This document shows, piece after piece, positions 47,202-57,523 of a stretch of 64,000 nucleotides of DNA. The DNA is from a virus. Lineage: Duplodnaviria; Caudoviricetes. Location: IMG/VR virus record IMGVR_UViG_3300025267_002170; one strand, written 5' to 3'. The translations under genes and the position numbers were made by a program. Numbering within the stretch: position 1 is the stretch's first letter; each line of letters begins with the position of its first letter. The notes beneath the pieces are model-generated. The model did no database searches. It had not been told where the DNA came from and saw only the letters and a list, made by a program, of their open reading frames with translations.

Positions 47202-47881
47202 ATTACAGAGACATAATTGTTTTTGATTTTGAAACAGGAAGCAGAAACCCACACAAGACACAGCCTACACAAATAGCTGCGGTAGCTATTCATGGAAGAA
47301 AGCTAACCGTACAACCGGGTGGATATTTCAATAGTGAAATCAGACCCATAATTGACGATGACGAAGCTATTGAATCTGGTCTTGACCCCCTAGAGGAAGA
47401 GGCTCTGGCAATCACACACAAGGACAGGGAGTCTTTGGCCAAAGCCCCCCATCCCAAACAGGTGTGGGGGAAGTTCTCAGATTTTGTTAATAAGTACAAC
47501 TTTAAAAAAACTTCTTTCTATGCGCCAATACCTGCTGGGTATAACATAAACGGCTTTGATATGCCAATAGTTAATAGAATGTGTCAGCAATATGGTCCTA
47601 GAGATGATAAAACTGGCGGGCAAAAACTCTTTAATAAAGCATACAAACTAGACGTAATGGACCTAGTTTGGGTTTGGATGGAAAATAATCCAGACGTAAA
47701 GTCTATAAGCATGGATTCAATGAGAGACTATATGGGGATAGATAAAGAGGGTTCCCATGATGCTCTAAAGGATGTTAAAGATACTGCAAATATAATGATA
47801 AGATTTTTGAAGTTTCACAGGGCGTTAGCACCTAAAACACAATTTGAAAAGGCTTTTGCAGATGGAAAATCTTACATTTAA
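47198..47881 (+). CDS. DEDDh 3'-5' exonuclease (Pol III epsilon-like)
   Basis: FDFETG, GYNINGFD, HDALKD. Confidence 0.88.
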   Translation: MNYRDIIVFDFETGSRNPHKTQPTQIAAVAIHGRKLTVQPGGYFNSEIRPIIDDDEAIESGLDPLEEEALAITHKDRESLAKAPHPKQVWGKFSDFVNKYNFKKTSFYAPIPAGYNINGFDMPIVNRMCQQYGPRDDKTGGQKLFNKAYKLDVMDLVWVWMENNPDVKSISMDSMRDYMGIDKEGSHDALKDVKDTANIMIRFLKFHRALAPKTQFEKAFADGKSYI

Positions 47882-49514
47882 ATGTGGATGCAAGTTTAAA
47901 TTAAAGGACCGCTCTCCCTCTGGAAATAATAGTACTCCAAGTATAGATATTGATATATCTAAAATTGACTACTCGTGTTCCAAAACTTGGGACATAATCT
48001 GTGAAGGCAAAACAAAAGGTGTTTTTCAGCTTGAAAGTAATTTAGGTCAGTCTTGGGCAAAAAGAGTAAAGCCAAAGAGCATAGAAGAACTGGCCGCTTT
48101 GTCTGCTCTTCTGAGACCGGGATGCTTAAAGGCAATCGTGGACGGCAAGTCCATGACGCAGCATTATGTTGACCGTAAACACGGCGAAGAGGAAATAAGC
48201 TATCTACACGACTCCTTAGAGCCGATACTGAAGTCAACCCAAGGGGTTCTGGTATATCAAGAGCAATCAATGAAGATTGTGGAAGTCATAGCGGGCTTTA
48301 ATCTCCAAGAGGCAGACAATCTGCGCAAAGCAATCGGCAAGAAAAAAGCCGACCTCATGGCAGACATTAAGAAAAAGTTTTTAAAGGGGGCGAAAAAAAA
48401 GGGTGTTGTATCTACAGAAATTGCGGAGGAGATATTCAGTTGGATTGAAAAATCGAATCGGTATGCTTTTAATAAGTCCCATGCTGTTAGTTATGCTGTT
48501 TGTGGTTATTGGTCTGCTTACGCTAAGGCACATTTTCCCCTCAATTTTTACTGCAATTACCTATACTACGCTAGAGGAAAGCCAGATTCCCAAGAGGAAA
48601 TTAGAGAGCTAATTTCTGATGCAAAACTAAACGAAATAACAGTCACCACCCCCTCTATAAAACATATGTCTGAGAGCTTTGAAATTAGAGATGGGTTAAT
48701 AACCTTTGGATTTAAAGATATAAAATATATAGGCGAAAGCCAAGCCAAAAAGCTGTTCAACTCTATCAGAGAACAAGAGCAGGTATTTGGCAAAGAGATG
48801 TCCGACTGGACTTGGTATGAATTTTTGATTAATGTTTCGGGATTGAACACAACCAAAGTAATTTCTTCCTTAATATTGGTTGGTGCTTTATCGTTTTTTC
48901 CAGACCACAAGTCAAGAAGCAGAACTCTATATGAATTTGAAACTTGGCAAAAACTTACGACCAAAGAAAAAGACTGGGTTAAAGAAAGATACAAAAACTG
49001 GGACAATGTTCTTGACGCACTAAAGGCATTGACTCCCACCAAAAAAGATGGCGGCGGAACATCTAATAAAAACAGATGTGAAATAGTCAAAGACCTCGTC
49101 TACCAACTGAAAAACCCCCCGTATGAACTAAAAGATTTTCCAAACGACATCGCCAATGAGGAAGACAGGCTTCTGGGTGTCTCTATTACGTATTCCAAGA
49201 TAGACTCATGTGATACGAGCATGTCAAATGGCACTTGCAAGGAGTTCATCGATGGAAAGCCGGGAAAGATGTCTCTAGCTGTCGAAGTAAAATCTTGTAG
49301 AGAGTGGGCTATAAAAAATGGCAAGATGAAAAATAAAAAGATGGCTTTCATAACCGTTGAGGACAACTCCTGCGAGCTTTCTTCAGTGATAGCCTTCCCA
49401 GAAACTTGGGAAGAAAACAAAGAGTTGCTTGTTAAAGGAAATACTGTTCTTATCATAGGAGAGCGGTCAAAAAAGAAGGATAGCTTTATTGTTCAAAGGG
49501 TTTCTCAAATTTGA
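47862..49514 (+). CDS. dnaE: DNA polymerase III alpha, C-terminal half (fingers, HhH, OB)
   Basis: GVFQLES, ALLRPG, LVYQEQ, ADNLRKAIGKK, YAFNKSHA, IKYIG, MAFITVED. Confidence 0.93.
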   Translation: MENLTFKCGCKFKLKDRSPSGNNSTPSIDIDISKIDYSCSKTWDIICEGKTKGVFQLESNLGQSWAKRVKPKSIEELAALSALLRPGCLKAIVDGKSMTQHYVDRKHGEEEISYLHDSLEPILKSTQGVLVYQEQSMKIVEVIAGFNLQEADNLRKAIGKKKADLMADIKKKFLKGAKKKGVVSTEIAEEIFSWIEKSNRYAFNKSHAVSYAVCGYWSAYAKAHFPLNFYCNYLYYARGKPDSQEEIRELISDAKLNEITVTTPSIKHMSESFEIRDGLITFGFKDIKYIGESQAKKLFNSIREQEQVFGKEMSDWTWYEFLINVSGLNTTKVISSLILVGALSFFPDHKSRSRTLYEFETWQKLTTKEKDWVKERYKNWDNVLDALKALTPTKKDGGGTSNKNRCEIVKDLVYQLKNPPYELKDFPNDIANEEDRLLGVSITYSKIDSCDTSMSNGTCKEFIDGKPGKMSLAVEVKSCREWAIKNGKMKNKKMAFITVEDNSCELSSVIAFPETWEENKELLVKGNTVLIIGERSKKKDSFIVQRVSQI

Positions 49515-49538
49515 ATACATGATACTTTATAACATAAA

Positions 49539-50102
49539 ATGTGTTCTGAATCAATATACGACTTCTTCAAAAGTCACAAATATTTTGTATCGGTCTATCC
49601 TGATATAGACGCAAATGCATGTCTAGTAGAATATCCACAAAGAACCTGCGTAAAGCCCGTCTTTGATGGACTAACTAGTGTGTATTGTTTTGAAGAATTA
49701 AATGAGGCTTATGATACATCTGGAATAAGTTATGTTGCCACAAGCTTCCCTTCTCACGCCCCAGAGGAAGAAAGCCAAACTCTTGAAACTAACGTTTTTA
49801 TTCCGTGTCCTAGATATGCCGCAAGGACTCTAGCATATTATGACATATACTATAAAACTAAAAGTATAAAACTTTCACCAGAGATTATATTTCTGCTAAA
49901 CGAAAAGGGACTGGGGGAAACCACGTTCTCGCTGTATAATATATTTAAACCCAGCCTATCGAAGGAGGATGGGCGGAAGGAATCAAAACTTGCTGGCTTT
50001 ATGTTTCTAAAAATAGAAGATGAGGAGACAGATTTGGCGTCTGGGGCAATAGAAGAAGATGTCCTCGAAGGATATCGGTTACTGGACACGATTCCGCTCT
50101 AA
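49539..50102 (+). CDS. hypothetical protein
   Basis: 187-aa ORF. Confidence 0.55.
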   Translation: MCSESIYDFFKSHKYFVSVYPDIDANACLVEYPQRTCVKPVFDGLTSVYCFEELNEAYDTSGISYVATSFPSHAPEEESQTLETNVFIPCPRYAARTLAYYDIYYKTKSIKLSPEIIFLLNEKGLGETTFSLYNIFKPSLSKEDGRKESKLAGFMFLKIEDEETDLASGAIEEDVLEGYRLLDTIPL

Positions 50103-50114
50103 GGAGATTTTGGA

Positions 50115-50504
50115 ATGAACTCTTGCAGTTTTGTAGGACGCTTTGTGAAAGACCCGGAGGTCCGCAAGGCAAATGGCGTAGACGTTTTAGATTTTACCTT
50201 GGCTATCCCAGAGTATAGAAAGACCAAGGAAGGCAAAGTTAAAACTGTGGACTTTCTAGATTTTGTAGCTTGGGATAGCGGCGCTTCAACTATTGCAAAG
50301 TATTGCCTTAAAGGAGACAAGATTGCTGTAACCTGCTCCGCAAGGCAGGAAAGATGGAACGACGACAGTGGCAACAAAAGGCACACCATTAAATTTCGTG
50401 TTAACAAGTTCGATTTAATTAACAGCTTTCGAAATTCTGACGAAGATTACGAAGAGGATTCTTCAGTACGCGCAGAATCGGAGACTGAAGAAGCTACAGT
50501 GTAA
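50115..50504 (+). CDS. ssb: single-stranded DNA-binding protein #2
   Basis: NSCSFVGRFVKDPE, DFLDFVAWD, acidic tail without terminal PF. Confidence 0.88.
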   Translation: MNSCSFVGRFVKDPEVRKANGVDVLDFTLAIPEYRKTKEGKVKTVDFLDFVAWDSGASTIAKYCLKGDKIAVTCSARQERWNDDSGNKRHTIKFRVNKFDLINSFRNSDEDYEEDSSVRAESETEEATV

Positions 50505-50505
50505 T

Positions 50506-50979
50506 ATGGAAGAGAACAATGTTGGGCTAAAGTCTGAACAGCAACAGGTCATGGATAACTATGGCCTTGTTGTTTCTCAGGCTTTAGCCTTTTGTTCTTC
50601 AAGGTCTTCAGATTTAGAGGACTATATACAATCTGGACTTATTGGCCTTCTCAAAGCAATAAGAAAGCACGACCCTAAAAGAAGCAAGCTTTCAACTTAT
50701 GCCACAACATGCATAAGAAATGAAATAATTAAGTATATAAACAAGAACAAGAAGCATAACGTAAAGAAAGTTCCCCTTGAAGATATAGAGGTTCCAGAGA
50801 AGAGCATAGACTGGGATACTCTAACCGACTCTTTGTCAGAAGAAGAAAAATCTATACTTAAGCTTAGACTTGGTAACAACTCTTATAGAGAGATTTCAGA
50901 CAATATGGAACTCTCTAGAAATTATATAAAATCTTCAATGAAAACAATCCTAATTAAACTCAGGAAAGATTTGGGATAG
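50506..50979 (+). CDS. sigma-70 family sigma factor #3
   Basis: DLEDYIQSGLIGLLKAIRKHDP..KLSTYATTCIRNEI; LSEEEKSIL..SYREIS. Confidence 0.88.
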   Translation: MEENNVGLKSEQQQVMDNYGLVVSQALAFCSSRSSDLEDYIQSGLIGLLKAIRKHDPKRSKLSTYATTCIRNEIIKYINKNKKHNVKKVPLEDIEVPEKSIDWDTLTDSLSEEEKSILKLRLGNNSYREISDNMELSRNYIKSSMKTILIKLRKDLG

Positions 50980-52638
50980 ATGGTTGGTTCACAGAACTTA
51001 ACAAGAAAGAGAAGAATCCTTTTCTGTGGGGAGGCTTCCTATCTAAGCACTGGCTACGCTACGTATACCAGAGAGGTTTTGCGTAGGCTTCATGCAACTG
51101 GCAAGTATGATATAGCAGAACTTGGAACCTATGGTAAGCCAGAGGAGCCTGAAATTAAAGATGTTCCTTGGAAATTCTATCCAAATATACCGGACATAAA
51201 TAATACAAAAGCTGTTGAAGAATACAACTCAAACAATATAAACCAGTTTGGTGCTTGGAAATTTGAATCGATATGTCTGGATTTTAAACCAGATATAGTA
51301 TGTGACATACGTGACTTTTGGATGATGGAGTTTCAGGAAAGGTCTCCGTTTAGAAAGTTCTATAACTGGACCATAATGCCAACGGTTGATGCCGCTCCTC
51401 AACACAAGCAGTGGATTCATACTTATGCTAATGCCGATGGTGTGTTTACCTATTCTGATTGGGCACTGTCTTCTCTCAAAGAACAAAGCGGAGCAGCTAT
51501 AAACTGCCTTGGAAGCGCTCCACCCTCCGCAGATTCATCTTACTCTCCAGTGCAAGATAAAGAGGCTCACAAAAGAAGTCTTGGATTTGAAGACGGTGTA
51601 AAAATAATTGGAACAGTTATGCGAAACCAAAGACGCAAACTGTATCCAGACCTTTTTGAAGCATTCAGAATGTTCTTAGACAAGAGTGGAAGAACCGATG
51701 TCTATTTGTATTGCCACACCAGCTACCCCGACCTCGGCTGGGACTTGCCAGAAATAATGATGAAGTGTGGGGTGGCAAGTAAATGCCTGTTTACATATAT
51801 TTGTAGCGAATGCGGCTATGTGTTCCCAGACTTCTTTAAAGATGCAATCTCTCAGTGCAAAAAATGCAATAAATTCTCTGCAAAGCTTTCCAATGTTAGA
51901 AACGGCGTACCAGTAGAGATACTTTCTTCAATAGTTAATTGCTTTGACCTGTATGTACAATATGCAAACAGTGAGGGGTTTGGATTGCCGCAAGTAGAAG
52001 CCGCCGCCTGTGGAGTTCCAGTCATGAGTGTCGACTACTCTGCTATGAGCAGCGTCATAAGAAAACTCGGAGGAACTCCTCTCAAGCCGAAAACTCTCTA
52101 CAAAGAGTTAGAAACTGGATGCATGAGAGCGGTTCCTGATAATGAACACACTGCTCAAAAGTTCGTAGAGTTTTTTGATTTGCCACAGGCAATGCGTATG
52201 AAAAAGGGATTTGAGTCAAGGAAGCTTTTTGAAGAACATTATCAATGGAACCAAACAGCTGATAAATGGGAACAAAGATTTGATTCTGTAGAAATTCTGC
52301 CCGAATCTGAGACTTGGAAATCACCGCCAAGAATTCACTTACCCAGCGACAGATACCCAGAGGGTATGGACAACAAAAATTTAGTGGACTGGCTTATAAT
52401 AAATGTCTTGGGGGAACCAGAAAAGCTAAACTCCTATATGTCTTCTAGGCTTGTCAGAGACCTGAACTATGGACAGACTACAGAAGGAATGGGAGGAATA
52501 TACTATAATGAAAACTCCCTTTTAGATTCGGCTCCCAAGACTATGGTATTTAATCCACACGACGCTTACAAGCACATGCTAGAGTTGTGCAATAGAAGAA
52601 ACTATTGGGAGAAAATGAGGCATAAGGTTCTGTTATGA
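50980..52638 (+). CDS. glycosyltransferase, GT4, with inserted CxxC/CxxC
   Basis: RNQRRK, SEGFGLPQVEAAACG, CSEC..CKKC. Confidence 0.85.
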   Translation: MVGSQNLTRKRRILFCGEASYLSTGYATYTREVLRRLHATGKYDIAELGTYGKPEEPEIKDVPWKFYPNIPDINNTKAVEEYNSNNINQFGAWKFESICLDFKPDIVCDIRDFWMMEFQERSPFRKFYNWTIMPTVDAAPQHKQWIHTYANADGVFTYSDWALSSLKEQSGAAINCLGSAPPSADSSYSPVQDKEAHKRSLGFEDGVKIIGTVMRNQRRKLYPDLFEAFRMFLDKSGRTDVYLYCHTSYPDLGWDLPEIMMKCGVASKCLFTYICSECGYVFPDFFKDAISQCKKCNKFSAKLSNVRNGVPVEILSSIVNCFDLYVQYANSEGFGLPQVEAAACGVPVMSVDYSAMSSVIRKLGGTPLKPKTLYKELETGCMRAVPDNEHTAQKFVEFFDLPQAMRMKKGFESRKLFEEHYQWNQTADKWEQRFDSVEILPESETWKSPPRIHLPSDRYPEGMDNKNLVDWLIINVLGEPEKLNSYMSSRLVRDLNYGQTTEGMGGIYYNENSLLDSAPKTMVFNPHDAYKHMLELCNRRNYWEKMRHKVLL

Positions 52639-53765
52639 AGGTATTATTCGTAGGACACTATAGAGAAGGAACTGGCTGGGGAAATGCAGCTATAGACTAT
52701 ATTCTGTCAATGGATTCTGCCGGAATAGATGTTGTTTGTAGACCAATAAAGCTTAACTCTAGAAACGTAGACCTTCCAGAAAGAATACTTGAACTTGAAA
52801 ACAAAAGTTCTTCTGGGTCCGACGTATGCATACAGAATGTTTTACCACACCACATGGATTACAATGGAAGGTTTAAGAAAAATATAGCGCTTTATTTTAT
52901 AGAGACCTCTTCTTGCGCTCATTCCATTTGGCCCAATAGAATAAATCAGCTTGATGAAGCTTGGGTGTGTTGTAATCATAATATAACAGCTTCTAAAAAC
53001 AGCGGCATAAATATACCGTTATCAGTAATCCCTATCCCTTGCGATGTTTCTAGATATGAAAGTAGTTATGATAGGCTTAATGTAGAAACAACCGAAAATA
53101 CATTTTGCTTCTACTTTATTGGAGAAGTGACTAGAAGAAAAAATCTTGCAGCATTAGTTAAAGCATTTCATTTGGAATTTTCTCCTAATGAACCAGTATC
53201 TTTAGTTATAAAAGCAAACAAGTTTGGAGAAACTCCAGAGTCTCTATTCTTGCACATACAAGAAATTTGCGAACAGGTAAAAAGAAATCTAAAGCTGTAT
53301 AAGGACACTAAGGACTATAAGAAAGAAGTTGTTTTAACACAATACCTAACAGATGAAGAGATGCTTAAGCTTCATTCTTCAATGGACTGTTTTGTAATGC
53401 CAAGTTTTGGAGAGGCTTGGTGCATACCGGCATTTGACGCGATGGGATTTGGCAATACTCCTATTTGTACAAACGTTGGCGGTATGGCAGACTTTGTTCA
53501 AGATGGTGGAATTCTTGTTGACGGAAGTCCAGAGCCAGTGTTCGGAATGGTGGATACTTTTCAAGACATATGTACTGGACAAGAAGACTGGGTCAATGTT
53601 AACATAAGACTTCTGCAAACTTCAATGAGACATGTGTACACTCTAAAAAATACAAACAAGAATGTATATGAACACAAAAGAAACATTTGTAGAAAAGATT
53701 CATATAACTATTCTTATGAAAACATCGGAAGCCTAATTAAAGAAAGGTTGGAGAATGCCAGCTAG
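52635..53765 (+). CDS. glycosyltransferase, GT4
   Basis: RRKNL, PSFGEAWCIPAFDAM. Confidence 0.85.
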   Translation: MKVLFVGHYREGTGWGNAAIDYILSMDSAGIDVVCRPIKLNSRNVDLPERILELENKSSSGSDVCIQNVLPHHMDYNGRFKKNIALYFIETSSCAHSIWPNRINQLDEAWVCCNHNITASKNSGINIPLSVIPIPCDVSRYESSYDRLNVETTENTFCFYFIGEVTRRKNLAALVKAFHLEFSPNEPVSLVIKANKFGETPESLFLHIQEICEQVKRNLKLYKDTKDYKKEVVLTQYLTDEEMLKLHSSMDCFVMPSFGEAWCIPAFDAMGFGNTPICTNVGGMADFVQDGGILVDGSPEPVFGMVDTFQDICTGQEDWVNVNIRLLQTSMRHVYTLKNTNKNVYEHKRNICRKDSYNYSYENIGSLIKERLENAS

Positions 53766-54795
53766 CCCTATGTCTGCTATATCTAGGGCGGCTACCCGAG
53801 AATCGGGCGAGCCTCTTAATATACTAACCTTTCCTACGCATGAAAGGTATGAAACCACCCTGTCAAAAACGGGACATAACTTTTATGCGCTGACTAACGA
53901 CACAATGAAAGACTGGAATGTTGACCACGGAGATATTCCAGACAATTATCATATTTATAAAGCTGCTGGAAACTCCATAAGCGTTCCTCTTCATTTAGAC
54001 TTCGATTTAATATTCTCTCAGAGCAAGTTTGGACAGTTCGAACTATCTAAGAACATGGCAAAGTCTCTACATCTTCCAATAGTAACCCTAGAACATACCC
54101 TTCCACTCCACAAGATTCCTGACGGGTGGCCACAGGAACAGTTCTTGTCCTTCAGCCAGATGACCGGGTGCAGAAACGTCTTTATATCTGATTACAGCAT
54201 GAAGGAATGGGAGTGGGACAAAAGAGAGGACAGCAGGGCTATTTACCACGGGATAGATTCAGAGATATTTTCTCCAGACGAAAGCTGCCAGAAGATAGAC
54301 CATGTGCTATCTGTGGCGAACCAGTACAAGCAGAGAGACTACTGTCTAGGATACAGCCTATGGGAACAGGTTACCAATGGACTGCCGATAAAGCTGGTTG
54401 GTGACAACCCCGGAATGTCCGAGCCGTCGAGTTCTATCGAAGACTTAGTTTCTTCTTACAGAACCGCTAAGGTTTTTCTCAACACCTCAACGGTTTCGCC
54501 AATTCCAATGTCACTCCTTGAGGCGATGTCATGTGGATGCGCCGTTGTTTCTACCGCAACCTGTGTTGTTCCAGAAATAATAGAGAATGGGGTGAATGGT
54601 TTTATTACAAACTCCTCAGAGGAGATGAAATACTACCTAGAACTTCTTCTTTCAGATGAAGGAGATTCCATACGTTCTTCAATGGGACAAGAAGCCAGAA
54701 ATACAATTCTTTCAAAGTTCTCTGTAGATAGGTTTATTTCTGAGTGGAATGAAGTTTTTGAAGAGGCTTCTCAAACAGTATATACAGGTGCATAA
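53755..54795 (+). CDS. glycosyltransferase, GT4
   Basis: HGID, PMSLLEAMSCG, ENGVNGF. Confidence 0.85.
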   Translation: MPASPMSAISRAATRESGEPLNILTFPTHERYETTLSKTGHNFYALTNDTMKDWNVDHGDIPDNYHIYKAAGNSISVPLHLDFDLIFSQSKFGQFELSKNMAKSLHLPIVTLEHTLPLHKIPDGWPQEQFLSFSQMTGCRNVFISDYSMKEWEWDKREDSRAIYHGIDSEIFSPDESCQKIDHVLSVANQYKQRDYCLGYSLWEQVTNGLPIKLVGDNPGMSEPSSSIEDLVSSYRTAKVFLNTSTVSPIPMSLLEAMSCGCAVVSTATCVVPEIIENGVNGFITNSSEEMKYYLELLLSDEGDSIRSSMGQEARNTILSKFSVDRFISEWNEVFEEASQTVYTGA

Positions 54796-55220
54796 TGAAG
54801 GTAAATCTTACTATAAAACCTAGTAATGTCTCAGGATATCTAAACATCAACGCTGCTGAAGGAGGAGATATCGCTGCATTCGGCAACATGGTCAGCGATT
54901 CTGAAGCCGTTGAAATATTAGCAACAGATATAATTAACTTTGTTCCTATGGAAAAAATAGAAGAGCTAATAGATGGCTGGATTAAAAAACTGAGACATGG
55001 TGGAAAGTTAGTAATAGGTGGAGTAGATGCTTTCGAAGTTTGCAGAGCAGTGTCTCACACCTCTCTTTCTATAAAAGAGTTTAATCAAATTATTCACGAG
55101 GGCAGGTCCAGCCAGATTTCAATATCTGACCTTTCAGAAATTTTATCAAAAAAGGGCTTGACTATTTTAAAGAAAAGGCTAAGCGGATTTAATATGATTG
55201 TGGAGGCTCAAAGGCCATGA
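54795..55220 (+). CDS. degenerate SAM methyltransferase-like protein
   Basis: GYLNIN, W..KLRHGGKLVI. Confidence 0.5.
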   Translation: MKVNLTIKPSNVSGYLNINAAEGGDIAAFGNMVSDSEAVEILATDIINFVPMEKIEELIDGWIKKLRHGGKLVIGGVDAFEVCRAVSHTSLSIKEFNQIIHEGRSSQISISDLSEILSKKGLTILKKRLSGFNMIVEAQRP

Positions 55221-56083
55221 GTAAAGATACTACAAATAGCGGCACTAAAGAGGGTGAATCTTTTGAAATAACAACTGCGTGCGTTGATTGCGTTTTTGCT
55301 AAGTTTGTTGGTAACACCCAGTCCGATTGCGAGCTTGGAAGGATAGAAAAATTTAAACAGAACGGCACTAAGGTTGAAGAAGCTTACAATGATGAAAAAG
55401 AATTCTTTATAGTTAAGGGATTCTGCAATGGTCATCGAAACGATTTTTGGAAAGAAACCGGAACCTACCATAGGCCTTTCTACAAGAATCCCACAGAAAG
55501 AGTAAGGCAAGAGAACCTAATACGATGTGGATTCAATGTTCTTATGACAAAAGGTCACAGTATAGAAGACCTGAAAAAAACTATAGACTCTATAGTCAAT
55601 CAAGAAGAGATAAATCCATACTATATCATAGTGTCTTGCAGCGCTGATGTAGAGAGATATGAGATTGTCAATTATCTACAAAACCTCTTGCAGCCAAAAG
55701 AAATAAAGTTCTTTTTTGTTAGCATAGCGGATGGAGAAGCCACCGCAGACAGATGTCTGGACGTTTCTTTTGCCAGAGCAAAGAATGGATACTATGCAAT
55801 CTTTTCTTCTGGAGATATTGTTCCTTCAAACTTTTTGTTCAAAATAAATCATGCCTTAAATGAAGAAATGTTGAGAATTGTGGCGCTAGGGCCAGAAGAA
55901 AATAGTATCAGTGGTTTATTTATGAACGCAACAACCTATAAACTTTTGCGTGGAAATATTGTTAAGCCAATTATGGAAAAAATACACATGCTTGCAGACG
56001 CAAGGGGCGAGCACTATCTAATCAAAAAGTGGGACGAACTACCCGATGAATCGAAAGCCGATAGTTACTCTTCTAATAGCTAA
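55217..56083 (+). CDS. GT-A-like protein
   Basis: LKKTIDSIVNQ; cluster context. Confidence 0.45.
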   Translation: MSKDTTNSGTKEGESFEITTACVDCVFAKFVGNTQSDCELGRIEKFKQNGTKVEEAYNDEKEFFIVKGFCNGHRNDFWKETGTYHRPFYKNPTERVRQENLIRCGFNVLMTKGHSIEDLKKTIDSIVNQEEINPYYIIVSCSADVERYEIVNYLQNLLQPKEIKFFFVSIADGEATADRCLDVSFARAKNGYYAIFSSGDIVPSNFLFKINHALNEEMLRIVALGPEENSISGLFMNATTYKLLRGNIVKPIMEKIHMLADARGEHYLIKKWDELPDESKADSYSSNS

Positions 56084-56840
56084 CTATAATTATGCCCACT
56101 ATATTGAGAGCGCAGTACAAAGCGCTATCAATCAAGACTACGATGGGCCAATTCAAGTTTGCGTCATAAATGATGGGTCAACTGATGACTCGTGGTCTGT
56201 TATTAGGTCAATGTGTAGAGCAGATGACACTCCCATCATTACTCAAAATATATCTGAGAATAGAACTCTCATAGCAATAAACAGAGAAAATGGTGGAGCA
56301 AGTGTAGCAAGAAATACCGGGATAGATTACACTTGGGATTTTACTGACATTTATGGGATACTTGACGCTGACGATTATTATTACGAATCAAAAGTAAGAA
56401 AATGTGTGGACAAGCTGATAGAAAATCAGCCTCATGTTGGCGTTGTGTATGCAGATTACGATATAACTTACACTGAATCTAACACCGTTGTAAGAGAATA
56501 TAAACCTCCATATAACAGAGCGGCACTAATGAACCAATGCATGATTCACAGCGGCGCTTTGATAACAAAACAAGCTCTAGACTTTGCAAGAGATGACAAG
56601 GGTCAAATTTTTGACCCAGACTTACATGGTCCGGGTAGCCAAAGTTTTATTGGATGCTCTGAAGACTACGATTTGTGGATAAGAATAAGTGAAAAATTTA
56701 TGATGTTTCATATCCCAGAATCTCTAGCCATGATGAGAGAAACCGGAAGCAATCAAACCACAAATGTCACACTTGAGAGTCATCAGAGAACGCAATCAAT
56801 CATTATGGAAAAAATGAAACGTCGTGCGGCTGATGTATGA
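56046..56840 (+). CDS. glycosyltransferase, GT2
   Basis: NYN, NDGSTD, NGGASVARN, LDADD, EDYDLW. Confidence 0.9.
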   Translation: MNRKPIVTLLIANYNYAHYIESAVQSAINQDYDGPIQVCVINDGSTDDSWSVIRSMCRADDTPIITQNISENRTLIAINRENGGASVARNTGIDYTWDFTDIYGILDADDYYYESKVRKCVDKLIENQPHVGVVYADYDITYTESNTVVREYKPPYNRAALMNQCMIHSGALITKQALDFARDDKGQIFDPDLHGPGSQSFIGCSEDYDLWIRISEKFMMFHIPESLAMMRETGSNQTTNVTLESHQRTQSIIMEKMKRRAADV

Positions 56841-57523
56841 ATAGATTTATATCTGAAATTAAAAAAAGCTACGATGATAATATTTCAGTGGCTATACTTG
56901 GTAACGAGACCGATTACAGGGTCAGGTCTTACGGACCAAAGTGTCTACTAAAGCACGGCAGTTCTACTATAATACAAAATCAAATTAAGCTTATAGGAGA
57001 AACATCCTGCATATCTGACTTGGTTGTTGTGCTTGGTTTTGAATGTGAAAAGATTATTAATTACATACCAGAACATGTTAGAATAGTAGAAAATCAACTT
57101 TACTCTGAAACAAACTCTTCGGAAAGCTTAAGGCTCGTAATAAATAATATATGCGGAGACAGGCTGTTAATTATAGATGGCAACATACTGATAAGCAGGA
57201 ATGCTTTCAAAAAACTTGACTTCTCCCGTTCGTTTGCTCTATGTCATAAAAACGGCAAGCCAAAAAACGAGATAAGCGCATCTAAAATTGGGGACCACAT
57301 AGGAAACTTTTCTTTTGGTCTTGAAAACTGCTGGGACGGAGTTGTTTTCTTGCAAGGAAAAGAATTCGGACTTCTCAGAAAGGCTTGTACAGACAAGGGA
57401 AAGGGTAGATTTTTTGTTTTTGAATTGTTAAACCTAGTAATAGATAATGGTGGAAAAATTGAAATACAGGAATGCAAGGCTGGAGACATAAAAGTTATTA
57501 ATTCCATCAAGGACATAGCATGA
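56837..57523 (+). CDS. NTP transferase (LicC/sugar nucleotidyltransferase-like)
   Basis: PKCLL, VVLG, N..Y..TNS..SL. Confidence 0.7.
   Translation: MNRFISEIKKSYDDNISVAILGNETDYRVRSYGPKCLLKHGSSTIIQNQIKLIGETSCISDLVVVLGFECEKIINYIPEHVRIVENQLYSETNSSESLRLVINNICGDRLLIIDGNILISRNAFKKLDFSRSFALCHKNGKPKNEISASKIGDHIGNFSFGLENCWDGVVFLQGKEFGLLRKACTDKGKGRFFVFELLNLVIDNGGKIEIQECKAGDIKVINSIKDIA

Noticed and set aside
46400-47960. Split intein joining the DnaE halves
   Set aside because: No CL/CF intein start after the N-extein and no HN-C/S end before the C-extein
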